This document shows, piece after piece, positions 21,927-32,452 of a DNA stretch of 64,000 nt (position 1 is its first letter; the number at the start of each line of letters is the position of its first letter). Where the stretch lies: positions 62,001 through 126,000 of the forward strand of contig CP120456.1 of NCBI GenBank assembly GCA_034226945.1, in the 5' to 3' direction. The notes under the pieces are model-generated. The model did no database searches. It was not told the origin of the DNA and saw only the letters and a list, made by a program, of their open reading frames with translations. The translations under genes and the position numbers were made by a program. The stretch is from Picochlorum sp. SENEW3. Lineage: Eukaryota.

Positions 21927-24900
21927 ATGGTTGATGGGAATGGCGGGATGGATGAGGCAAAGAGTCAGGACGGTACCAGTCCCAACTCTGCTGAATGCCT
22001 CAGAAGGACCAACCTTAGGGCAATGTGCCCTGCTGATACCAAGGAAAAAGTATGTGTACTGCAATGAATGCCAGTGAAGGGTTATACAGGTGTCACTGTG
22101 TTTGGGCTTGATCTTTTTTCAGGAAGAATTTTTGAAGATTGCTCGAAAGAGCCTGGCGTCGCGGACGCATGGGGCTTCTGATATACTGAAACCATTGGAT
22201 CTGAAAAGGGCTTTGAGGAGTTCAGCATACTATTCTGGCGTGAGATCTTTTGAGGTTCCTTTCACTCCGTTTCCGTTGCCTTTCAAACCAACCACTGGTA
22301 TTCGTTTCCTGGCGCGAGATCCTTTCGATGACCCGGAGAATGCGCGGGTTCGATATGAGGAGGTATTCTACGATGATGATCGACAGGGGAAGATGATGTC
22401 GCCATTGGTCGGGATTGATCCGAACAGCAAAGAGTATGTCAGGGGTGGTTCTAGGAATACGTCTGCCCCGCATCTTCCCGGAGGAGAGGCTTGGAGTACA
22501 GTTGAGATGACACCAGAGCAGAAAGCTCTTGTGGAGGAAGCAAAATCTCTCAAGTGGATACGCGAATTAGAAAGCGGGGATCCTCCAGAATTGGAGGTAC
22601 CTGGCTTTAGCGAATACCTCATGTCTTTGGAGCACTCTGGACCTGGAATGGTGGAAGACGACGCGAAAGAGATTGACCACAGAGACGTGGATCAAAAAGA
22701 AGAAGAAGGAGGAAAAGTAAATGTACAAAGTCTATTTGATGGCATACTGCCGTTTGATGACTCGGAGGATGAAGGAGAGGAACTTGGATCTGACAAGGTC
22801 AAGGTGGAGCCAATTGAAGAGGACAGACCTGTCAGCCCTGAGAAGGACATGGTTTCTCTCATTGATAAAGTTTTAGAGGGTACAGTGGATTTATCGGAGG
22901 CCTTACCAGAGGTCGACAAGGACGGGAAATTGAAAACAGAGGAGAAAGTTTGGGCTGTGAGGGAAAAGGTTGATAATTTGGAAGAGCAGTGGCGTCAAAT
23001 ACTGCCGATTTTAGCGCATAGATATCCTTTTGAGCTAGATACGTTTCAGAAAGAGGCGATTATTCATATGGAACGTGGCGATTCGGTATTTGTTGCAGCT
23101 CATACATCAGCTGGGAAAACTGTTGCTGCAGAGTATGCTTTTGCTCTCGCTGAGAAGAATTGCACAAGAGCTGTGTATACATCTCCGATCAAGACAATTA
23201 GCAATCAAAAGTTTAGAGATTTTAGTGGCCAGTTCGAGGTTGGTTTGTTGACCGGAGATGTGAGCATCAAACCTGAAAGCACATGCCTCATCATGACCAC
23301 GGAGATTCTTCGATCAATGCTCTACAAGGGTGCTGATACCATCAGAGACATTGAATGGGTCATCTTCGACGAAGTGCACTATGTAAATGATGCCGAGCGG
23401 GGAGTTGTCTGGGAAGAGGTCATCATTATGCTACCAGACCATATAAAGTTGTTACTCTTGTCTGCAACAGTCCCCAATGTTCTCGAATTCGCAAACTGGG
23501 TTGGGAAAACAAAGCAGAAGAAAGTCTTTGTGACTGGAACGAGCAAACGGCCAGTTCCTCTGGAACATATGTTGTATTATGGCGGTAATTTCTATCCAGT
23601 GTGCTCCCATGAAACGTATGACCCATCCGGCTGGAAGAGGGCAAAGGAGGAGTACAAGGAGAAGTCAGGGATCCCAAAGACAAAGGCTGAAGCCAAGCAG
23701 CAGCTTCCCACAGGTCGTGGTGGTCCTCCAAAGCATAATGCTAAGGTTCCTGGATCGATGACGGCAATGGGTGGTTCGCGTATGAAATCGCCAGAAATGA
23801 AGTTGAAGTCAGAGAGAAGTCAATGGGGCAACTTGATTGAAAAATTCAAGAAAAAAGCATTGCTGCCCATGGTGGCCTTTTGCTTCAGTAAAAAACGGTG
23901 TGATGCGATTGCGGATTCGCTTCGAACCCTAGATCTCACGTCGCATGGGGAGAAGAGTGAAATACATGTGTTCTGTGACAAAGCTTTTGGGCGCCTGTGC
24001 ACTAGTGACAGGAATCTTCCTCAACTTCTTCGATTGAAAGAGATGCTCAAAAGGGGTGTCGGGGTACATCATGCTGGTCTATTGCCGATAGTAAAGGAAG
24101 TTGTGGAGATGCTTTTCTGCAGAGGTGTCATCAAAGTATTGTTTGCAACAGAAACATTTGCAATGGGCGTCAACGCCCCAGCCCGAGCAGTGGTGTTCCA
24201 ATCCACAAGAAAGCATGATGGAAGGGAATTCAGGAATTTGTTGCCAGGAGAGTACACTCAAATGGCTGGAAGAGCTGGAAGGAGGGGCTTAGATTCTGTA
24301 GGGACAGTTATCATTGCTTGCTGGGAGGAGATCATGCCAGAGTTGGACTTGAAAAGGATGCTCACAGGTTCTGCGACAAGGCTAGAAAGTCAATTTAGAC
24401 TCACATACAGTATGATATTGAATCTTTTGCGGGTAGAGGATTTGAAGATAGAGGACATGATGCGAAGGAGTTTTGCAGAATTTCATGCCCAGCGATCAGG
24501 TCCTCAGGATCGTGAAACAATGAGGATAGGGCAAAAGGCCTTGGACAATCTGCGAGCGAGCCCCTGGCCAAATTCACCTCAAGCTTTGACTAAAGAAGAA
24601 ATTGAAGACTACGTAGATTTATCGTTGAATGCGGAGAGGCTGACTGAGATCATTCAGGAGGAGGTCATGTCATCCAAGGGTGCTCTGAATGCTCTGGTCC
24701 ATGGTAGGATTGTGTTGATTGGGAGGCAGCAAGCAAGTTTGACTGACATTGGCATTGTCATTAAACAATCAGGGGATAGTAAAAATAAAAAGAAAACAAA
24801 GCTACCCAGTGCTATGTCACAAGACTCAGACAAGGGAACATGCATTGTGCTCAAGACTGTGAGGAAATCCCCCTTGGAAGGGGATGGCGGAACTAAAGTT

Positions 24901-26052
24901 GAGAAAGTCAATTCTAAACCAGAAGCTTCAAAAATCTTGGAGGATCCATTTGCTGGTATGAAGACTGTCTCAAAGAAGTCGGACGACTTGGATGACATGT
25001 TTGCAGGAATGAAGGTCTCTGGGAAGAACAAGCCTGTGGCAAAGGCAATCAACTTGCCCCACGAGGGCATAGTCGGCGGTGTCTCGTATATCATATGTGA
25101 GGAGAACGTACAAAATATTGTGGGTGTTGCAAAGCAAAAGATGGATCATATCAGTGCGGATGCAGTCATGAGTGGCAATGAGGGTAAGATTGCACTGGCC
25201 GTTCAAGAGATTCAGCAAATTCAAACAAGTGACCTCGAACTGATGGATCCAATCTCGGATCTGAAGGTCACCAGGATTGACATGGTGTCTTTCATAAGAG
25301 AAAGACAAATTTATCTTGACAGGATGATGAAGTTCAGAGGCAGCAGTGATCCAATGCTCCCGGAAATGGTTGCGCATGTAAAGAGCGAGATGCTTCTTCA
25401 GAGAAGGCTCAAGTCCCTGGTCGACAGAACAGGAGAGGCTGGGCTATCTCAGATGCCAGAATTTTTGCAACGAGTAAAGGTGCTTCAAAGTATGGGATAT
25501 GTGCGATCAGATAAGACGGTGACGATGAAAGGTCGTGTAGCATGTGAGATCAACAGTGGAAGCGAACTTGTTGGAACAGAGATAATTTTTGGCGGCCTCT
25601 TGTCTGACTTGTCCCCCCAGGAGGCAGTGGCTCTCTTGAGTGCCCTAGTTTTCCAGGATAAAACCGAATGCAACTTTTTGGAAGACATTCCTGCTAAATT
25701 AGTCATGGCATATGAGCATGCCAATGCTGTGGCCTGGAACGCAGGACAGGAGCAGGAGAAATTTGGCCTGAACATTGCAGCGGACGAATTCGTCAAGGAA
25801 ACATTAAACTTCGGTCTCATGTCAGTCGTGTATCACTGGGCTTCAGGAATGCCCTTCTCCGATCTTTGCTCATTGACTGATGTCATGGAAGGTTCAATCG
25901 TGAGGTGCATAGTTCGCTTGGATGAAACCTGCAGAGAATTCCGGGATGCAGCACGGGTGATGGGAGATATGAAGTTATATAAACAGATGCAGGAGGCATC
26001 TGACAGTATTAAAAGGGATATTGTTTTTGCAGCATCATTGTACATCGTGTAA
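21927..26052 (+). CDS. SKI2: SKI2 DExH RNA helicase; exons 21927-22049, 22123-26052
   Basis: AHTSAGKT, DEVH, SAT, QMAGRAGRRG and C-terminal KRDIVFAASLY motifs. Confidence 0.93.
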
Positions 26053-26061
26053 TTTATTTAT

Positions 26062-27450
26062 TCACTCCATATGTTTGATAATATTTACTTTGCGTTTTTC
26101 GTGTATGACATTGCTCCCAGGACCATGCCTACTGGAGCCCTTGTGAACCGATCGCTCCTCCATGTAATGCTTCATTGCACTGGAAACAAGCTTGAACGAA
26201 GAAACTGATCTGTCTAGGTTCCCTTCCGTGACAGAACTGCTGTCAGCGACACGCCTCATACCATATTGTGAGCCCTCCAGCACTTTTTCATGGACACTTC
26301 GCCCAGCATCATGGGCCATGGCAAAGCTCCTTGCCGCAATCGTGTGCGCCACAGACTTGGCCCACGTTCGACCATGAACACTCTTCTCCTTCCTTACCGA
26401 ACGATCAAGTGCATCCAAATACATCTCCTTGTGCTTGCCATGTGAATGCATGCCGTGGCCATCAACAGCTGCGATCCCTTGCGAAATGTACCGCAGCCTC
26501 CTCATCTCCGCAACTGTTGCAGCTCCTTCTGCTATACTCGTTCCCAAATGACGTATTGTCAACCCGCCTTCCGTCTGAATCCATTCATGTCTTAGCACTT
26601 CCTTCGCAGTCAGCCTCTTCTCTGGGTCATACTGCAGCATGCCAATTAGCAGATGCTTTGCATCTGGCGAAAGATCAAGCCACCGAGGATCCCTGAGCCC
26701 AGGAGCTTCTTTGAGAGGTATTGTATGGTATTTCAACTTCTCACATTGATCCAAGTCCCAAGGCTTTCTTCCAACAAGCATGACAAAAAGGAGTACGCCC
26801 ATTCCAAACACATCCATTGATGGTGTGTGATATCCGCCATCAATAATCTCAGGTGCCACAAAGCCGGCAGAACCCAGACAGCCTCTCACCCTTTTCGACG
26901 CAGAAAATCGGACAGAAAGGCCTAAATCTATCAATTTAACCGGCGGTATTGGCTTACCTTTCTCTATTTCTTCGGTAAAGACAATGTTTTCTGGCTTGAT
27001 GTCCCTGTGCATAATTCCATGTGCATGCATATACGACACAGCCGAAGCCACTTGGGAAAAAATTCGAGACGCATCTTTTTCGCTGTACGTGTGCCTCATT
27101 TTGTATATACCATCAAGCAGAGAACACCCGTGCAAATACTCAAGCTCAAAAATGACCAACGTAGGAGAGGGAAGCACGCAGCGACATTTCACAATGTTCG
27201 GATGATCTAACTCGAGCAATAATTCACCCTCGGCTACCAATAATGCCGCCGTACTCCCATCCAAATCCGCATCATCAACAAAAACAATTTTCAGGGCAGC
27301 CTGTCGCCCATCATCATAGGCATGCTTTGCTAGAACCACTTTGGAAAATGAACCCCTCCCACATTCACGGATCTCGATCCATTCCTTGGCTGCCGGGTGC
27401 ATATCCCAATCCCTCTTGGGCACACTTGCACCTAGAGTGCAACAGGTCAT
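26062..27450 (-). CDS. CAMK-group Ser/Thr kinase without EF hands
   Basis: GRGSFSKV, ALK, HRDIKPEN, DLG and APE motifs. Confidence 0.9.
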   Translation of the reverse strand: MTCCTLGASVPKRDWDMHPAAKEWIEIRECGRGSFSKVVLAKHAYDDGRQAALKIVFVDDADLDGSTAALLVAEGELLLELDHPNIVKCRCVLPSPTLVIFELEYLHGCSLLDGIYKMRHTYSEKDASRIFSQVASAVSYMHAHGIMHRDIKPENIVFTEEIEKGKPIPPVKLIDLGLSVRFSASKRVRGCLGSAGFVAPEIIDGGYHTPSMDVFGMGVLLFVMLVGRKPWDLDQCEKLKYHTIPLKEAPGLRDPRWLDLSPDAKHLLIGMLQYDPEKRLTAKEVLRHEWIQTEGGLTIRHLGTSIAEGAATVAEMRRLRYISQGIAAVDGHGMHSHGKHKEMYLDALDRSVRKEKSVHGRTWAKSVAHTIAARSFAMAHDAGRSVHEKVLEGSQYGMRRVADSSSVTEGNLDRSVSSFKLVSSAMKHYMEERSVHKGSSRHGPGSNVIHEKRKVNIIKHME

Positions 27451-27485
27451 ACTACCAAGCTTGGCTCTTATAAGAGCCCTCTTTC

Positions 27486-27513
27486 AAAAAAAAAAAAAAA
27501 AACAAAAAAAAAA
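27486..27513. repeat. Poly(dA:dT) tract, A17-C-A10
   Basis: Read directly; lies 35 nt upstream of the kinase ATG. Confidence 0.9.
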
Positions 27514-27959
27514 CACCGACAACGTTCAAAAGTGGCAACCACAATATCACTCCCTGGTGACAAAAATGAGCCTTATACGATCCCTTCTAATCCAGCATCG
27601 CAAAAGAAAGGGTATTACGCAGGCCTCTTGCCCCAATTCACCCGTGTAGTAAGTATGCCTTCAGACACTGGAATGAACTGTCCGTTTCTATTCTCAATTC
27701 TTTGAACGCAACTCGCGAAGCTTCGGAAGCCAGGTATATTTCCTAAATAAATTACAGCAAACTGTCATCGCAGCATCTCTGTGTACAGGAAAAAGCATCA
27801 TGATGTGATGCCCTCGTAGCATGCGAGGCGCCCAGTTGGGCTTCAAAGCCCTACCGGTAGGGTACCCACCCATGGCCATGGGTACGTTGCAAAACCCCTC
27901 ACATGCACAAGGTAGTTTCGGGAGGGACCCTGACGGATACCTCAGTTGTATGCGAATAC

Positions 27960-29140
27960 TTATGATGTATTCATCAATCGAGCGCGTGACTCTGCATTCT
28001 CCTTCCACACCTCCCCTCCTTCATAAAACTCCTTCTTCCAGATTGGGACAGTGGCCTTGAGCTCATCAATAGCCCATGCACAACACTGCACATACAGTAT
28101 TCATCAATCAGTCACGATCATTCACGGTGATGTGACTGCTGGACAAAATGAAAAGGGCACAATCTTTGATCACACACAAGGATCAAGTGGAAGCCCAGTC
28201 ATACCTCTAAAGCATCTTTACGATGAGCAGATGACACTGCAATCAAAACGCTTGATTCCTTCACTGGAACTGTCCCAATTCTATGCCATATCCCCATCCG
28301 AGCGATGCCATTCCATCTCGATCGAGCATGCTCACACACCTCCCGCATCTTCTTCTTTGCCATGGGTTCATATGCCTCATATTCCAATCGAGTCACTCTC
28401 TTACCATCAAATGTATCCCTGGTTGTCCCAAGAAAAGTCGCCACCGCACCGCAGCTTTCATGTCGAACCCAGTCGGTGCATGCTGCCACATCCAGTGCAT
28501 GTGGAGTGATGGCCACCTTGAAAACACAGTCATCTTCCATCTGCATCGGGCTCGCACTCTTCCCCGGCCTGAAAGCCTTTACGACACTATCGTTTGTCTC
28601 GATGTACAGATGCTCCTTCATAATTCCAATACACGCGGGTACAGACACAAAAACTTCATCAATGGTCTCTCGAATTGCTTTTGGCTTTCCAGGGAGATTT
28701 AAAATCAACGTGTCTCCCCTCAACCCAGCCGTCTGGCGTGACAGAACAGCTGTGGGGACTACCTTCAAGCTAATGGCCCGCATCTGCTCCGCGTACCCTG
28801 GCATGAACCTGTCGCAGACCGCCTCTGTGGCCTCCGGAGTCACGTCCCTCAACGCTGGTCCTGTCCCACCCGTCGTCACAATCAGGCAGCAATCCTCCTC
28901 ATCAGCCATGTATTTTAATGTTTTCTGAATCAAATCATACTCATCCGGGATTACGTTGTACACAGCCACCCACGCACTTCGAATGGCTTCTCCAAAGAAT
29001 CGAAGAATCTCAGGACCACTCCGATCCTCATACGTCCCAGCACTGGCTCTATCACTAACAGTTAAAACCCCAAATTTTGCTACTCCTTTTCCGACATTCT
29101 GATCACCTCCGCTCAGAGGAACCGACTCCCCAAGCGACAT
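27960..29140 (-). CDS. Molybdopterin adenylyltransferase (MogA) fused to molybdopterin synthase catalytic subunit (MoaE/CNX6); exons 29140-28205, 28085-27960
   Basis: Mog[37 protein letters not shown]. Moa[30 protein letters not shown], and in exon 2 [14 protein letters not shown]. The domain junction lies inside one open exon. Confidence 0.9.
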
Positions 29141-29340
29141 GTCTGCCTCCAGACCCACTTTTGAGCATGTATACTATTGTGCTCGTTGATACTTCTCTAT
29201 AAAATTTTTTTATTTTCCAGTCTTACATGCATACATAATACCAGAGTTTGATATCTGTAGTCGTTACATACACATCCGATGAAGATTAAAAAAATGGTAC
29301 CATCATTGCATTGGCATCTTGCATGCAGATTGTACTGTGG

Positions 29341-30705
29341 CTACATGCATACATCGTCACCATAGTTGGTCAAGAGTACTTTGCCAGTATGTCGCTGTCG
29401 GTACAACTGAATTCCCTTTTCCCATTCCTCTACAGGCAGGCACTCCACCCTGCATACAATAATATGGTATATAGACAAGCTTTGAAAACCATCAGAATCA
29501 ATATATAGAGAATACATACATGACTGGCTTGATAACCTTTTGTCTGAAGAGCGCAACCACCCTGTCTACCAACCGTTCTTTTGCCTTCCATCCATCCTTC
29601 ATCTGCGCAAATCCACCAGTCAACCAGAATCCCCTCACAGAAATATTATTAAAGATGAGGCTTCCAGGTGGAATCTGAATAGGCTCTCGAGACATCCCCC
29701 CATACACCACAAGAGTCGCATCCTTGTCCAACACCTTGGCAACCTCCAAGCTATCCTTCCCGCCAATACAGTCCAATCCCAATTTTGGCCGGCCATGCTC
29801 CCATCCTTTCATCGCCCCCTGCAACTCATCTGACGTAACAACCAGCGACGACCCCATCTCTTTCAATTCATGCTCAGCCGCAGCTCTATCAGGCCTATCT
29901 CGTATGACACTAATGCATTTCACCCCCTTCTCATGTGCCAGCTGCAAAATGTACTTTCCAGTAGAGCTGGTACCACCCGTGTGAATAATGGTATCCCCCT
30001 CCTTCAAATCCACAAACTCCTCCAACAACCTCACTGCCGTTGGAGGATTGATCGCCATCGTCGCCGCCGTCGCAATGGGCAAATCGCTCGGAATCCTATA
30101 CCAGTGATGCTGCTCAAACACCCCATACGTCCTCCATGTCCCCTGCCCATGCTCTATGGGCACAGCCCGATCCCCGGGGCGAAATCTCGTCACATTCTTC
30201 CCGATCGCTTCCACCACAGCCACCCCTTCAAACCCTGGCGTGCAGGGCAGCGCCGGACGCAGAGGATACCGCCCTTCGATCGTGCTGATATCAGAAGGAT
30301 TAATCGGAGCCTGCACACATGCCACCCATCAGATTCCAAAAACCCTCCCCATTCGACACATTATATATCCTTGTAGAATATATGCCACCCATCCCATCCC
30401 CCAATATGCACGTGAACCCGACCCATTCGACGTCATCAACGCACCGCAAGAATTCTCATGAGAACTTGGTTATCCCCCAGGGATTGGGCAGTAGGCTTTT
30501 CCTGATGAATCATATGTAATGCATCCTCAACTTTGCCATACTCTTTCAATACCAGGGCCTTTCCCTTCCCGTCGTCAGGAAACTCGGTTGCCAGTGTCGA
30601 CAGTCCCGCTTCCATCCCCTGAAGATGTTGCAACGCACAGCATCGAGCTGCGTTCGTTGAATACATCAACTGTCGACAAATTGAACCCACGATGGATCTC
30701 TTCAT
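29341..30705 (-). CDS. MECR: Mitochondrial trans-2-enoyl-CoA/ACP reductase (MECR/Etr1); exons 30705-30445, 30310-29520, 29449-29341
   Basis: APINPSDI, GFEGVA, GTWRT, INPPTA, YGGMS, RGFW and GKVLL motifs; mitochondrial presequence. Confidence 0.9.
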
Positions 30706-30923
30706 GGTGAATTATATTTCACTATTCCTGTGAATACAACAATACCTCTGTGAGATGAGTGTGGGTGTTCTTTTCAGAAACATCCCATTCATCATCTAGA
30801 TCTCTAGAGATCCCTTAATTAAGGGATCTCCAAGTTTAGAGATCTGTCTCTGTGAGAAGTCGTCCTCTCATGCTCTTCCTGTACAGTCGATGTGGCGCAT
30901 GTCAGTAATAATAATGACTATTG

Positions 30924-31457
30924 ATGAATACGAGAGCACAGCAATTGTTTCCACCCCCTCCTCCCTGGTATAGTAGTTGTCATACCGATGAATTAGCAAA
31001 ACAACATGGAGGTCGTTCGGGATACCGCGAACCTCCTCCAGTGCCTTCGGCGGGGGAGGGTGTATCATCGTATCAGCAGTTTGGGGAGATTTTTTCATTA
31101 GAGGATGGGATGCCTGGTCTTCAGGTTTCACAGGAGTTTGACAGGAGCGAGAAGGATGGGTCCATCTGTGTGAAGGAGCAGCTCTTGCTGTTGCATCGTG
31201 CTCTTGTGGGGGGGATTGATGGGATGCTGGAGACTGTGATGAAGGATTCTACATCGTATGCGAGGAAGGTGGAGTACGTGGGGTTGCTGTTTAGGAATAT
31301 GCAGTACCTGATTAATATGCTGAGGCCTGAGCAAGCTCGGGAGACGCTGCGGGATGTTTTGCGTCATGCGATTGATGAGAAGCGGCGCCTTCTAGAGAGA
31401 TTAAAACTGGAAGAAGAGAAATCAGCGGTGGAAGAATTGATCAATCGAGTCGAGTGA
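30924..31457 (+). CDS. MED7: Mediator subunit 7
   Basis: FPPPPPWY, PPP, YQQFG and NMQYLINMLRPEQARETL motifs. Confidence 0.88.
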   Translation: MNTRAQQLFPPPPPWYSSCHTDELAKQHGGRSGYREPPPVPSAGEGVSSYQQFGEIFSLEDGMPGLQVSQEFDRSEKDGSICVKEQLLLLHRALVGGIDGMLETVMKDSTSYARKVEYVGLLFRNMQYLINMLRPEQARETLRDVLRHAIDEKRRLLERLKLEEEKSAVEELINRVE

Positions 31458-31578
31458 AGTTGAGTGCTGGTTCTCATGTCATCAAAGGTCTCCTTTTCAC
31501 TTTTTGGATGAATGAAGTAGGGATTCAAAAGGAGGTGAACCACCTGACGTGTGAGATTATATCTGTATACATTGATAA

Positions 31579-32070
31579 CTAATATTGAATGCGCCCTTGG
31601 CCTTCCCACGAGCATATGTTGTTGTCTACAAGGTCATTCACAACTGGATTTTCCTCTGCGCATTGTTCAAACTCTGTGTCATCGTCACAAGTCCCCTCAT
31701 GGTATTCCTTGTAATGGTTGTATGCCACCTTGGATGGTACAAACTTTCTTGTCTGCACATCACCTCTGCGGAATGTGGATGCATTGCTCGGCACAGAGCG
31801 TTCTGGGTTTCCACCCAACACAAGGACTCTTCTTGTAGCAGTACCAACTACTCTATTGCCCCGCGCCTTTTTCTCATGCACTCGCGCACTCCTTTTGTTC
31901 TCTCTGGTCCTCGTTGCCTTCATGACGCGAACGACTGGAGGCCTCGTCGTCTCGCTTCTCCGCTTTTCTACCCCTCCCGTGCCCTCCTCCTCACCAACCA
32001 CCACCCTTTGCTGAGATCCAGCCAATAACCTCATCAGAATACTCCCGCATCCCTTCTGCTCCTGTTCCAT
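31579..32070 (-). CDS. Hypothetical protein, basic N-half and acidic C-half
   Basis: Longest ORF in the gap, GA-rich sense strand like neighbouring genes; no recognised domain. Confidence 0.4.
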   Translation of the reverse strand: MEQEQKGCGSILMRLLAGSQQRVVVGEEEGTGGVEKRRSETTRPPVVRVMKATRTRENKRSARVHEKKARGNRVVGTATRRVLVLGGNPERSVPSNASTFRRGDVQTRKFVPSKVAYNHYKEYHEGTCDDDTEFEQCAEENPVVNDLVDNNICSWEGQGRIQY

Positions 32071-32452
32071 CTCTGTTCTGAATTCTGTCCATTCGAATGA
32101 CAACTGTCACTGGACCATCGCAACCACCAGTCTCATTCTCTCTCAGTCAGTCAGTCTCCAGCCATCACCTAGGTGACATGAATCATAAAAAAAAAACAAC
32201 AGGAATCATCCAAAGAAAGAAAGAAAGAAATAAAGATACACACACACACCCTAATTAGGTTTTTGAGAATTCATGAATTGATCAAGAGATCTGTGAAGAT
32301 CTCGAGACTCTCTCCAACCTACAGAGCCCTCTCCCTCCTGCAAGTATTCATTCATATAAATTATATATATTCGTAACAGTGGGTTTAGAATAGGGCGCCA
32401 TGGTGGAATAGGCGTGTGTGTTTCCATAATCGACCGACTGACGAGTCAAAGC

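Noticed and set aside
29095..29170. MoaD domain or MOCS2-style overlapping ORF ahead of MogA (VPLSGG)
   Set aside because: There is an in-frame stop just upstream and no ubiquitin-like fold. The out-of-frame upstream ORF is 21 aa with no terminal GG.
31585..32028. Plus-strand hydrophobic 147-aa ORF
   Set aside because: Probably an antisense shadow of the GA-rich minus-strand ORF; no motif support.
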